From contig CAMOZY010000004.1 of the NCBI GenBank assembly GCA_946631295.1, positions 2,316 to 66,315 of the forward strand: 64,000 nucleotides of DNA, given 5' to 3'. Source of the stretch: an uncultured Lachnospiraceae bacterium (GTDB lineage Bacteria > Bacillota > Clostridia > Lachnospirales > Lachnospiraceae). Under the pieces are notes generated by a model that saw nothing but the letters and a program-made list of their open reading frames with translations, made no database searches and was not told the DNA's origin. Shown piece after piece: positions 1 through 9,484 of this stretch; the stretch's first letter is position 1, and each line of letters opens with the position of its first letter. Both the position numbers and the translations under genes were made by a program.

Positions 1-25
1 TTGTAAGTGATTTGATATCTCTCAT
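1..25 (-). CDS. rlmN: 5' fragment of probable dual-specificity RNA methyltransferase RlmN (runs off window edge)
   Basis: ATG at 25-23, 1 nt after the rsmB stop, reads MRDIKSLT, like the RlmN N-terminus. rsmB-rlmN is the usual clostridial order. Only 8 codons are visible. Confidence 0.55.
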
Positions 26-26
26 G

Positions 27-1355
27 TTATTTCTTCTTAAGAACGCAGTAAAAGAAGCCATCCTGCTCTGAATCATCCGGAAGGAGCTGAACCGGACCTT
101 CTTCTATTTCAAAACCATAGTTATTGGTTATATATAACACCTGCTCTTCGTTCTCGGCCCGTCTGATCGTACAGGTGGAATAAAGCAGTTTTCCACCCTT
201 ACGGACATAGGGAACACAGCCGTCTATTATTTTCTTCTGAAGCTCTGTCAGTGAATTCAGGCCTTCTTCGGAAAGGTTATATTTGATATCCCTTTTCTTA
301 CCGATGACACCAAGTCCGCTGCAGGGAACATCAAGGATCACACAGTCATATTTTTCCCTGTCCTCAGGAACATAAACAGAAGCATCCCTTACAAGAACCT
401 TTACATTATCTAAATGAAGCCTTGAGATGTTTTCACCGATCAGATCAGTTTTACTTTCAGATACATCACAGGACGTTACTGATCCTTCAGGTCCTGTCAG
501 TTCTGAAGCAAGTATTGTCTTGCCTCCCGGTGCCGCGCAGCAGTCAAGTATCTTATCTCCTTTCTGCACACCAAGAGCAAGAACAGCTTTGCAGGAGCTT
601 ACATCCTGAATAATGAAAAGTCCCTCTTCGTAACCAGGAAGTCTTCTTATATCGCCGGTTCCATGAGCGTGGTAAACATAGGGAATATCTGCACTCTGTC
701 TGAGAGTAACGCCTGCACCCTTTATATCATCTGCGGCTTTCCTAATCTCATCTTCAGAAAGATCACTTCTGAATCTTAGGGAAACATCCCTGGTTTTCAT
801 AAGGGCATCAAGTATGCTTTCACATCTGGTTCCATACTCATTTTTGAAAATGCCAACGATAAATTCAGGCATTGAGTACTTCAGACTTAAGATTTTTACG
901 TCATTTCCGTCTGTAGTTTCAGGTAAAAATGCAAGATATCTTTCATTTTCTGCCTGATCAAGTCCTTCAATTTCTCTTGCGATATTTCTGAGAACCCCGT
1001 TTACAAATCCTCCCAGCCCCTTAAATCCTCTTTTTCCGGCAAGGTTAACCGATTCCTTGCAAACCGCATATGCAGGTGCATCCGTAAAAAGAAGCTGATA
1101 AAGCCCCATTCTGAGGATGTTTCTTATAACCGGCTTCATCTTCTTAGTCTTTACGGAAGACTTTTTATCCAAAATAAAGTCCAGCGTAATACGGCGCTCT
1201 ACAGTTCCTTCAAAAAGGAGCTTGATGAACGCTTTATCACGCTGGTCCAGATAATCATATTTGTTAAGAACATTTGCGATCAGCTTACCTGAAGGAAAAG
1301 AGGAACTTTCAGCTTCCATCAGTGCATCCAGGGCAATCCCTCTGATATTATCCAT
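27..1355 (-). CDS. rsmB: 16S rRNA m5C967 methyltransferase RsmB/Sun
   Basis: NusB-like N-terminus, IQDVSS, DCCAAPGGKT SAM-binding motif, DVPCSGLG and YSTCT catalytic Cys motifs; follows fmt. Confidence 0.96.
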   Translation of the reverse strand: MDNIRGIALDALMEAESSSFPSGKLIANVLNKYDYLDQRDKAFIKLLFEGTVERRITLDFILDKKSSVKTKKMKPVIRNILRMGLYQLLFTDAPAYAVCKESVNLAGKRGFKGLGGFVNGVLRNIAREIEGLDQAENERYLAFLPETTDGNDVKILSLKYSMPEFIVGIFKNEYGTRCESILDALMKTRDVSLRFRSDLSEDEIRKAADDIKGAGVTLRQSADIPYVYHAHGTGDIRRLPGYEEGLFIIQDVSSCKAVLALGVQKGDKILDCCAAPGGKTILASELTGPEGSVTSCDVSESKTDLIGENISRLHLDNVKVLVRDASVYVPEDREKYDCVILDVPCSGLGVIGKKRDIKYNLSEEGLNSLTELQKKIIDGCVPYVRKGGKLLYSTCTIRRAENEEQVLYITNNYGFEIEEGPVQLLPDDSEQDGFFYCVLKKK

Positions 1356-1358
1356 AGT

Positions 1359-2282
1359 TTATCCCAGATGTTCTCCGATCTCAGTCTTGTTTCCGAGAAG
1401 AAATGCGGATGTTTCCATTTTCTTTTTGCCCTCAGGCTGAAGTGCAAGGATCTTCATTGCTCCATCACCGCACGCAACCGTAAAAGAGGACTTGTCAACA
1501 GCTATCACATCTCCCGCCTTGCCGGAAGCCTGCACAGGAACCGCATCCCAGATCTTCAGTATTTTGCCGCTTATATATGTGTAGGCACCAGGCCAGGGAT
1601 TGAACGCTCTGACCTGTGAATATATTCTGTCTGAAGGATTCTTCCAGTCAATAAGTCCATCCTCCTTTTTGATCAAAGGGGCATAACAGCTTAATGAATC
1701 GTCCTGTTTTACTGGAGTTATCTTTCCTTCTTCAATAAGCGGGAGTGCTTCAACAAGCGCCTCTCCGCCAAGATCCATCAGTCTGTCATGAAGAGTCTCA
1801 AAGGTCTCATCATCTGCAAGATCAAGGCTCTTACTGTACAGGATATCCCCCGTATCGAGCCCTTCGTTCATCTGCATGATAGTAATGCCGGTCTTCTTTT
1901 CACCGTCAAGGATAACCCTCTGAATGGGTGATGCACCGCGGTACTTAGGAAGAAGCGAAGCATGAACATTTATGCATCCATACTTTGGCTGATCGAGTAT
2001 CTCTTTTGACAGGATCTGACCAAAAGCAGCTATGACATAGATATCTGCGGGATATTCGAGCAGTCTGGCAGTTTCTTCAGGTCTTTTTATCCTTTCGGGC
2101 TGAAGCACGGGAATACCTGCCTCTACGGCCACTTCCTTGACAGGTGAAAACACGGGCTTTCCGCTGCGCCCTTTTGGTCTGTCCGGCTGTGTTACCACGG
2201 CACTTATCTCATATCCTGCATTTATAAGACTTTTAAGGCTTCCGGCAGCAAAATCCGGAGTTCCCATAAAAAGGATCTTCAT
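1359..2282 (-). CDS. fmt: Methionyl-tRNA formyltransferase
   Basis: MKILFMGTPDFA start, INVHASLLPKYRGASPI, MNEGLDTGD, RAFNPWPGA. Confidence 0.98.
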   Translation of the reverse strand: MKILFMGTPDFAAGSLKSLINAGYEISAVVTQPDRPKGRSGKPVFSPVKEVAVEAGIPVLQPERIKRPEETARLLEYPADIYVIAAFGQILSKEILDQPKYGCINVHASLLPKYRGASPIQRVILDGEKKTGITIMQMNEGLDTGDILYSKSLDLADDETFETLHDRLMDLGGEALVEALPLIEEGKITPVKQDDSLSCYAPLIKKEDGLIDWKNPSDRIYSQVRAFNPWPGAYTYISGKILKIWDAVPVQASGKAGDVIAVDKSSFTVACGDGAMKILALQPEGKKKMETSAFLLGNKTEIGEHLG

Positions 2283-2288
2283 CTTGTC

Positions 2289-2792
2289 TTATTCCTCTTC
2301 TGATTCCTCATCTTCTTCATCATCCATAAGGGATTCGGTATCCATCAGTTCACCCTCAAGATGTTCTGTATAGAGATGTCCGTCAAGATGCTCAAGTTCG
2401 TGACAGATGGCCCTCGCAAGAAGGCCTTCTCCTTCGACTTCAATAGGATTCATGTCCTTATCGAGAGCTTCACATTTTACATGATTGGGTCTTGTTACTA
2501 TACCTGTTTTACCGGGAAGACTTAAGCATCCTTCGTAGCCTGTCTGTTCGCCGTCTGTTTCAGTGATCCTGGGATTGATGAGAACAAGAGGATCCTCCCC
2601 TGTAGTGTCAATGACGACAATCCTTTTAAGAACTCCAACCTGAGGTGCTGCAAGTCCTACACCGTTCGCATCATACATAGTCTCGAACATATCCGCGATA
2701 AGTTCCTTATTTCTGTCTGTCATCTCCTTAACCTCAAGACAGACCTTGTTAAGAACGGGATCTCCGAATTCTCTTATGTTTCTGAGTGCCAT
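2289..2792 (-). CDS. def: Peptide deformylase (acidic C-terminal tail)
   Basis: GVGLAAPQVG, EGCLS and HELEHLDG motifs. Confidence 0.98.
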   Translation of the reverse strand: MALRNIREFGDPVLNKVCLEVKEMTDRNKELIADMFETMYDANGVGLAAPQVGVLKRIVVIDTTGEDPLVLINPRITETDGEQTGYEGCLSLPGKTGIVTRPNHVKCEALDKDMNPIEVEGEGLLARAICHELEHLDGHLYTEHLEGELMDTESLMDDEEDEESEEE

Positions 2793-2802
2793 AACAATCT
2801 CC

Positions 2803-5034
2803 TTAAATCTGATTTACCGGATCAAGATCGAACTGTACAAACATTCCGTTCATATCCGCATTTTCGAGGTATTCCTCGCTGACAGTGCGGATTCCGGTAA
2901 GTTCTGAAACTTCCGGGCTTTTTATATAAATAACATATCTGTAGTAGTCCTTGACCTTTGCGATATTCGCAGGTGCAGGACCGAGTACTTTTTTCGCTCC
3001 GTATGACTTTATCACATCACGCAGATCACTGGCAAGAAGTGAGGTCTTCTTTTCATCCTGGCCAAATAGCTGGAGCGCCAGAAGGTGCGTTGCGGGCGGA
3101 TAACCTGCTGACTCCCTGTATGCCATTTCCTCTTCGTAGAATTTCCCGTAATCCTGCTGTGCTGCACATACTATTGCATATGAATCCGGCTGGTATGTCT
3201 GTATCACGGCATTTCCCGGCTTGACTCCTCTTCCCGCTCTTCCCGCAGCCTGCGCAATGAGTTGGAAGGTTCTTTCCGATGCCCTGTAATCAGGAACTCC
3301 GAGTGAAAGATCAGCAACCAGTATTCCGACAAGCGTTACATTGGGGAAATCATGCCCCTTAACAATCATCTGTGTTCCGATAAGTATCTGGGCCTCTCCG
3401 TTTGAAAAAGAAGACAGTATCCTGTCATACGCTCCCTTTTCGGAGGTTGTATCCTTGTCCATTCTAAGAGTCTTCACATCGGGATACATTTTACGTATGC
3501 GATCCTCAACCTGCTCCGTACCTGCTTTTATCGCAGCCAGATACTTTGATCCGCACGAAGGACATGTATCAGGTTTTTCAGTAACTTCACCGCAATAATG
3601 GCATATGAGTCTTGAACCTGAATGGAGTGACATGGGAACCTCGCAGTGAGGACACATCATAACCTTGCCGCATTCCCTGCACGATATCTGTCCCGAGAAC
3701 CCCCTTCTGTTAAGAAAGAGCATGATCTGCTCGCCTTTGGATATCTTTTCATCCATAAGAGCTTTAAGGCGCCTTGAAAACATAGATCTGTTTCCCAAAG
3801 ATAATTCCTTTCTCAGATCTATGATCTCAGTCTGAGCAAGCTCACCTCCGCCGGCTCTTTCATTCAGTTCAAAGAGCTTTATCTCCCCCGAAAGTGCTGC
3901 CGTATAGCTTTCAAGCGAAGGCGTTGCCGAACCCATGACGAGGGATGCGCCCGATATCTCACATATCTTCTTTGCGACCTCTCTGGCATGATATTTGGGC
4001 GTACTCTCTGATTTATAACTTGCCTCATGCTCTTCATCCATGATAACAAGCCCCGTATTCGGAAAAGGAGTAAAAAGTGCAGAACGAGGACCGATTATTA
4101 TATCAATATCTCCGTTCTTTGCTCTTTCACACTGATCAAACCTTTCGCCCGGAGTCATTGAAGAATTCAGTACACTGACTCTGTCACCGAACTTCCCGTA
4201 AAATCTTGCAAGAGTCTGATATGTCAATGCTATCTCAGGGATAAGGAATATGACCTGTTTTCCCATGAGGAGGGTTTTCTGTGCAAGACGCAGGTAAACT
4301 TCCGTCTTTCCGCTGCCGGTAACCCCGTGTATCAGATATGTACCTCTGAGACCTGCATCAAGATCAGAGCAAATGGATGATACGATCCTGTTCTGACCGT
4401 CATTAAGCGATACAGGTTCTGATTCTCTGATATCTGCAATGGCAGGCTTTCTGTATTCCGAGGACGTTTCAAGATATGCGGCACCGCTCTTAACAACGGA
4501 TGCAACGGTCTGGGAGCTTACGCCAAGCTTGCCGGTGATCCAGCTGTTGGGGATCCTTTCATTTTCAGCAAGTGCCCTCAGGACCTTTTCCTTTGCAGTC
4601 TGTTTTCTGCGAAATGCTTCATCTGCAAGGGCAAGTATCTGTTCACGCTCCATCTTCCTGACAAGTGTCTTAAGCTCAATGGGCTTAGCCTTGGCCTTGG
4701 CCGGAATAACGACCTTAAGAGCCTGTGACAGGGTTCCGCCGTAGGTTTCCCTGATGTAGGAAGCAATTTCAAAGCTGACATCCTGTGCGGTGACACTGCC
4801 CTCAACTATCCCGAGGATATCCTTTATTTTATCCTCTTCCAGATCCACAGTGTCCCTTAATGCGGTGACATATCCCTTCTTTTCGGTATTTCCCGCACCA
4901 AAAGGGATCCTGACTCTGCTCCCTGCGCAAATAATACCGGATAGCCTCTCCGGTATCCGGTAACTGAATGGTCTGTCTAATTTATCAATACTGACATCTA
5001 TGATCACGTCAGCATATTTTGAGCCTTTTTCCAT
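2803..5034 (-). CDS. priA: Primosomal protein N' (PriA helicase); start likely 5034 rather than 5076
   Basis: Walker A GVTGSGKTEVY, DEEH box, zinc motifs CRECG/CPHC/CHYCG/CPSCG, QAAGRAGR. An extended -10 lies 7 nt upstream of the ATG at 5034. Confidence 0.96.
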   Translation of the reverse strand: MEKGSKYADVIIDVSIDKLDRPFSYRIPERLSGIICAGSRVRIPFGAGNTEKKGYVTALRDTVDLEEDKIKDILGIVEGSVTAQDVSFEIASYIRETYGGTLSQALKVVIPAKAKAKPIELKTLVRKMEREQILALADEAFRRKQTAKEKVLRALAENERIPNSWITGKLGVSSQTVASVVKSGAAYLETSSEYRKPAIADIRESEPVSLNDGQNRIVSSICSDLDAGLRGTYLIHGVTGSGKTEVYLRLAQKTLLMGKQVIFLIPEIALTYQTLARFYGKFGDRVSVLNSSMTPGERFDQCERAKNGDIDIIIGPRSALFTPFPNTGLVIMDEEHEASYKSESTPKYHAREVAKKICEISGASLVMGSATPSLESYTAALSGEIKLFELNERAGGGELAQTEIIDLRKELSLGNRSMFSRRLKALMDEKISKGEQIMLFLNRRGFSGQISCRECGKVMMCPHCEVPMSLHSGSRLICHYCGEVTEKPDTCPSCGSKYLAAIKAGTEQVEDRIRKMYPDVKTLRMDKDTTSEKGAYDRILSSFSNGEAQILIGTQMIVKGHDFPNVTLVGILVADLSLGVPDYRASERTFQLIAQAAGRAGRGVKPGNAVIQTYQPDSYAIVCAAQQDYGKFYEEEMAYRESAGYPPATHLLALQLFGQDEKKTSLLASDLRDVIKSYGAKKVLGPAPANIAKVKDYYRYVIYIKSPEVSELTGIRTVSEEYLENADMNGMFVQFDLDPVNQI

Positions 5035-5084
5035 ACAACAGATTATATCATATATTTTGCTGTTCGCCCTCTGCATATTAAGAC

Positions 5085-5170
5085 AACGAAAAAGAGCTCC
5101 GGACGAATCCGCAGCTCTTTTCCGTTTCTTATGAGGGGGGAGAATAACTAACTCTTATTAGTTATCTTGA
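5085..5170 (-). ncRNA. Candidate trans-acting small RNA (5' hairpin, C-rich anti-SD core, intrinsic terminator)
   Basis: -10 TATAGT (5180-5175); 8-bp stem ATAACTAA/TTAGTTAT (5144-5165); TCTCCCCCCTCAT; terminator AAAAGAGC...GCTCTTTTT; no ORF. Confidence 0.6.
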
Positions 5171-5174
5171 TATG

Positions 5175-5206
5175 ACTATAAAATAAAAATGTGTCATAAA
5201 TGTGTC
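5175..5206 (-). promoter_or_regulatory. Promoter with an 11-bp-period direct repeat (GACACATTT x2) in place of the -35; probable OmpR/PhoB-type regulator site
   Basis: GACACATTT at 5206-5198 and 5195-5187, then TATAGT at 5180-5175. Confidence 0.55.
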
Positions 5207-5278
5207 CGAACTCTGATAAAAAAATAAAAAGAATTAAGAAACTATAAACTAATTTTCAGTTTCCGTGAAAATCCCGTA

Positions 5279-7045
5279 TTATCGGTAATATCTGAGCCTG
5301 TAGTCTATGTATTCGTTTCCTTTGTAAACGTTAAGATTTAACTCATAACATATATCCAGATCGATTTTTCCGATTCCGGAGTAAACTTTTTCGGCCGTTC
5401 CGGGGCCGAATTTTGTGTCAATATACTTATCCAGAGCATCCATATCGCCAAAATATGTCACCTTAAAGCTTCTTCCTGAACTTACAGCTGTGAGATTTCC
5501 GTATTGTTTTTCTTTTCCCATACGGGATATGCCCTTAATGGTAACGGTTGTTGCAAACAAAGCTCCCGGATTGCCTGCACCCACAGGCTCCAGCTTTTCA
5601 AGATCTTTGACCAGCCTTACAGTTGCATATTCAAGAGGAACACGGGCATCAAATCTCACTTCCCTGTAAAGATCCTCATCCTGCAGTCCTGCGTTTTCAT
5701 TAAGCCTTCTCCTGAGTTCAGAAAGATTGCTTTCTTCAAGAGAAAAGCCCGCAGCCATTGCATGACCTCCAAACTTGGTAAAAAGTTCCTTAACCTCGGA
5801 CATTTTCTCGAACATATTATATGCGGGTATGGACCTGCCTGAACCCTTAAGGCCTTCCTCTCCTCTTGTCACGACCAGAACAGGCCGGTTATAGCTTTCC
5901 TTGATTTTGCCTGCAACAAGTCCGGCAATACTTTCATGGAGCTCCGGAAGATAGATGACCAGCACTTTTTCGGACAGCATGTTTTCGGATTCTATCATGG
6001 AAACAGCTTTTTTGGTGCCTGTAACAGTCATATTCTTCCGTGAATCATTAAGTTCTCTTATGCGAAGAGCATCAGCAAGACACTTATCATAATCTTCCGA
6101 AAGAAGCAGATTGACAGATTCACCCGCACTTTCAAGTCTTCCAGTAGAGTTTATGCATGGTCCTATGACAAAGGAAAGAGAATACGCGGACAGATGGGTT
6201 CCATCAAGTCTGTTGGCGTTCATAAGAGCCCTGATACCGCTGTTTTTGGTACTTTCCATCTGCCTGATGCCTTCCCGCACCATTACCCTGTTCTCATCAC
6301 AAAGATCCATGACATCACAGGCAGTGCCAAGTGCAGCAAACTGAATGCATTCCTCAAGGGCGTTTTTCAACGCTTGCGAAGGATATCTATCCAAAAGTGC
6401 AGACATGAACTTATATGCGACCATTGCACCGCATATTCCCTTGTAAGGATATGCACTTCCCTCCCTGTGAGGATCAACCACAGCTTCGCAGACAGGAAGG
6501 ATTTCATTTCTGTTACCGTTACCGTCATCCAAAAAATGAACCTGATGATGATCCGTAACAATAACCTTTATAGAGAGTTCATATGCAAGGGCAATCTGTG
6601 AAGCAGCCGCTATACCGTTATCACATGTGATGATAAGATCTATTCCGTCTTCAGCACATTCTCTCACAAGATCATCGTTTATTCCGTAGCCGTCCTTAAG
6701 TCTGTGAGGTATGGCATAGGAAACGATGCCTCCTGCTGCTTCTATACACTTTACGAGGATGTAGGTCGAAGTAACCCCGTCAACATCATAATCCCCGATG
6801 ATGCGGATCTTTTCACCGCCATCTATTGCTGATATAAGTTCTGCAACTGCTTTCTCCATATCAGGAAGAAGGAACGGATCATGAAACAGCTCTTTTCCGC
6901 CTTCAAGATATTTTCTTGCATCTTCAATATTTTCCGCACCGCGGTTTCTTATAATACGGGCAAGGAGAGGATCTATTCCCAGCTCTTCTCCCCATTTGAT
7001 GAAATCTCCGCCCTTTCTTATCTCAAGCCATCTGTCCATGTTCAA
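5279..7045 (-). CDS. recJ: Single-stranded-DNA exonuclease RecJ
   Basis: GDYDVDG, TCDNG, TDHH (DHH), GPCINSTGRL, KGSGRS, FGGHAMAAG. Confidence 0.96.
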   Translation of the reverse strand: MNMDRWLEIRKGGDFIKWGEELGIDPLLARIIRNRGAENIEDARKYLEGGKELFHDPFLLPDMEKAVAELISAIDGGEKIRIIGDYDVDGVTSTYILVKCIEAAGGIVSYAIPHRLKDGYGINDDLVRECAEDGIDLIITCDNGIAAASQIALAYELSIKVIVTDHHQVHFLDDGNGNRNEILPVCEAVVDPHREGSAYPYKGICGAMVAYKFMSALLDRYPSQALKNALEECIQFAALGTACDVMDLCDENRVMVREGIRQMESTKNSGIRALMNANRLDGTHLSAYSLSFVIGPCINSTGRLESAGESVNLLLSEDYDKCLADALRIRELNDSRKNMTVTGTKKAVSMIESENMLSEKVLVIYLPELHESIAGLVAGKIKESYNRPVLVVTRGEEGLKGSGRSIPAYNMFEKMSEVKELFTKFGGHAMAAGFSLEESNLSELRRRLNENAGLQDEDLYREVRFDARVPLEYATVRLVKDLEKLEPVGAGNPGALFATTVTIKGISRMGKEKQYGNLTAVSSGRSFKVTYFGDMDALDKYIDTKFGPGTAEKVYSGIGKIDLDICYELNLNVYKGNEYIDYRLRYYR

Positions 7046-7057
7046 ACCTCTGATATA

Positions 7058-7104
7058 AAAAGACGGTTCCTTATTTCACAAAGTGAATTTCGGGAACCGT
7101 CCGT
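7058..7104. terminator. Probable intrinsic terminator between secDF and recJ
   Basis: Inverted repeat GACGGTTCC...GGAACCGTC with an A-tract on the low-coordinate side. Confidence 0.55.
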
Positions 7105-7139
7105 TCATTAAACTCTATGATCTGCTCAGATCAATAGTT

Positions 7140-9410
7140 TCAGGCTTTCTTTTCCTTTGCAGGGAACTTCTTGGAAAGAATCACCCAGAATGCACCTGCA
7201 AGGCATACTGATGAATAGCATCCGCATCCGATACCGACCATAAGAGGAAGAGCGAAGTCCTTGATGCTCGATACTCCGAAGAAGTAAAGCAGTGCAACCA
7301 TTACGAATGTGGTAAGGGATGTAAAGATACTTCTTGAAAGTGTCTGTGTTACGCTCTTATTAACGATAGGAATGATATCTGTTCTTCCCGCGTTAGCCAT
7401 ATTCTCCCTGACACGGTCGAAAATAACGATAGTAGCATTGATCGAATAACCGACTATTGTAAGCATACAGGCAACGAAGGTGTTGCTTACAGATACCCTT
7501 GCTGCAGCATAGAATGCAAGTACTACGAGAACGTCGTGCATAAGTGCAAGTACGGATGAAACGCCGAAGCGGATATCCTTGAATCTGATCCTGATGTAGA
7601 TCAGCATGCAGACGATTGCAACGATAACTGCGATGATGGTATCTCTCTTCATCTCATTTGAGATGGTTGATGAAATAGTCTCTGTGGTGATGCTTGTAGG
7701 ATTTACTGCGAACTCGCTTACGAACATATTCTCAAGAGCACTTCTGATCTCTGAAGGAAGTGTTGATGTCTTGAAGATAACCTCGTTTGAATTCTGTACT
7801 GTCTGAACCTGAACAGTGCTTCCGGTTACAGCCTCGATTTTGGGAACAACGGTATCGTTAAGCTGCTGGAGTGTATAGCTTTCATTGAAATCAACTGTTG
7901 TTGCAGTTCCGCCTACGAAGTCAAGAGAGTAGTTAAGTGCTCCCTTACCCTGAGATCCATTGATTCCCATGAATACGAATCCGGCAATGATGACGATCAC
8001 TGAAAGTGCAATGAAGATTCCCTTCTTGCTGAGGAAGTCAACTGCCTTCTTATCCTTGCCCCTTCCGTAAAGAGAAACAGACTTAAGACCAAGTGCATAG
8101 AATGCCTTCATGAGCCACTTGGTAACAAAGAGTGCGGTAAACATTGAAACCACGATACCAAGTGCCAGTGTCTGAGCGAAGCCCTTAACATTTGAAGGTC
8201 CGAGGATCATGAGAACGAAAGCGGCGATAAGGGTTGTAACGTTACCGTCGATGATTGCAGAAAGAGCCTTGGCATAACCGGTGTTGATAGCGCTCTCTAC
8301 ACTGTCTCCCTTTCCAAGTTCTTCTCTGATACGTGCGAAGACGACAACGTTGGCATCAACTGCCATACCTATTGAAAGGATGATACCTGCAATACCGGGA
8401 AGGGTAAGAGTCAGGACATCATTAAATCCGATAAGAAGAAGGACGATAAGTGCTACATAGAAGCAAAGCGCAATTGCTGAAGCAAGTCCGGGAATGAAGT
8501 ATACGATGATCATGAATGCTGCAACTACTGCAAGGCCGATAGCACCTGCCTTCAGTGAAGTATTGATTGCATCTATACCAAGCTGAGCTCCGACAACCTT
8601 GGAGTGGAGTTCTTCAAGTTCAAGTGAAAGTCCACCGATTCTGATGGTGGAGGCAAGATTCTCTGCTTCTTCGTAAGTAAAGCTTCCGGAAATCGATGCA
8701 GATCCGTTTGCAATTACATCGTTAACCCTGGGAACGCTTACGAACTCTCCGTCATAATAGATACCGATGGTCTGATGTCCGTTTGAAACAGCTTTCTGGG
8801 TAGCTTCTGCAAATTTGGTTGAACCTTCTGGAGTAAGAGCAAGTGAAACCGCATATTCCATATTCTGCATGCTGTCTGACTGGGATACGGCTCTTGCATC
8901 GGAAACATCCGTACCTGTGATACATACGGAACCGTCAGCAATAAGTTCCTCAATAGACTTATTAAGGGTATATTTCTGACCATAGGTACCGTCTTCGTTC
9001 ATAACGGTATTGTATGAATAGTTGGCATTGCCGGATGCATCAGTTTCGCTGATGAAATAGAGAGCGCCGGGACGGCCGAGCTGTGCAAGGATCTCCTCCG
9101 CATCGGTAACACCGGGGATCTCAATTGCTATACGGTTCGAACCCTCCTGGTATACCTGAGCTTCAGTGGAGTAATTCGCAACTCTCTGCTGGAGCTTGTA
9201 AATGGTATCTGCCATATCGGTTTCGGAAGGATTCTCCTCTCCGACTACCTGATATGTGATGCTGACACCTCCTGCAAGATCAAGTCCGAGCTTGATATCC
9301 GATGCATTTCCGGTGCCGTTTCCGTCGTAGCCCCATATATCCATATAGCCCAGTCCGAGTGTCAGGAGCAGCACTACCAGGATAATGGCAAAAGCCTTAC
9401 TTTTTTTCAT
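7140..9410 (-). CDS. secDF: Fused protein translocase subunit SecDF
   Basis: IKLGLDLAGG, RIAIEIPG, AVDANVVVFARIREE (SecD); SLDFVGG, GYSINATIVIFDRVRE (SecF). Confidence 0.97.
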   Translation of the reverse strand: MKKSKAFAIILVVLLLTLGLGYMDIWGYDGNGTGNASDIKLGLDLAGGVSITYQVVGEENPSETDMADTIYKLQQRVANYSTEAQVYQEGSNRIAIEIPGVTDAEEILAQLGRPGALYFISETDASGNANYSYNTVMNEDGTYGQKYTLNKSIEELIADGSVCITGTDVSDARAVSQSDSMQNMEYAVSLALTPEGSTKFAEATQKAVSNGHQTIGIYYDGEFVSVPRVNDVIANGSASISGSFTYEEAENLASTIRIGGLSLELEELHSKVVGAQLGIDAINTSLKAGAIGLAVVAAFMIIVYFIPGLASAIALCFYVALIVLLLIGFNDVLTLTLPGIAGIILSIGMAVDANVVVFARIREELGKGDSVESAINTGYAKALSAIIDGNVTTLIAAFVLMILGPSNVKGFAQTLALGIVVSMFTALFVTKWLMKAFYALGLKSVSLYGRGKDKKAVDFLSKKGIFIALSVIVIIAGFVFMGINGSQGKGALNYSLDFVGGTATTVDFNESYTLQQLNDTVVPKIEAVTGSTVQVQTVQNSNEVIFKTSTLPSEIRSALENMFVSEFAVNPTSITTETISSTISNEMKRDTIIAVIVAIVCMLIYIRIRFKDIRFGVSSVLALMHDVLVVLAFYAAARVSVSNTFVACMLTIVGYSINATIVIFDRVRENMANAGRTDIIPIVNKSVTQTLSRSIFTSLTTFVMVALLYFFGVSSIKDFALPLMVGIGCGCYSSVCLAGAFWVILSKKFPAKEKKA

Positions 9411-9484
9411 GACTTAAAATTTCCTTTCAAATATAAGTACTTAAAAACCGAACAGAAAAATACTACTACCTATCACAAGAAAAA

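Noticed and set aside
7140-9410. SecD-SecF fusion as unusual
   Set aside because: Fused SecDF is normal in Firmicutes.
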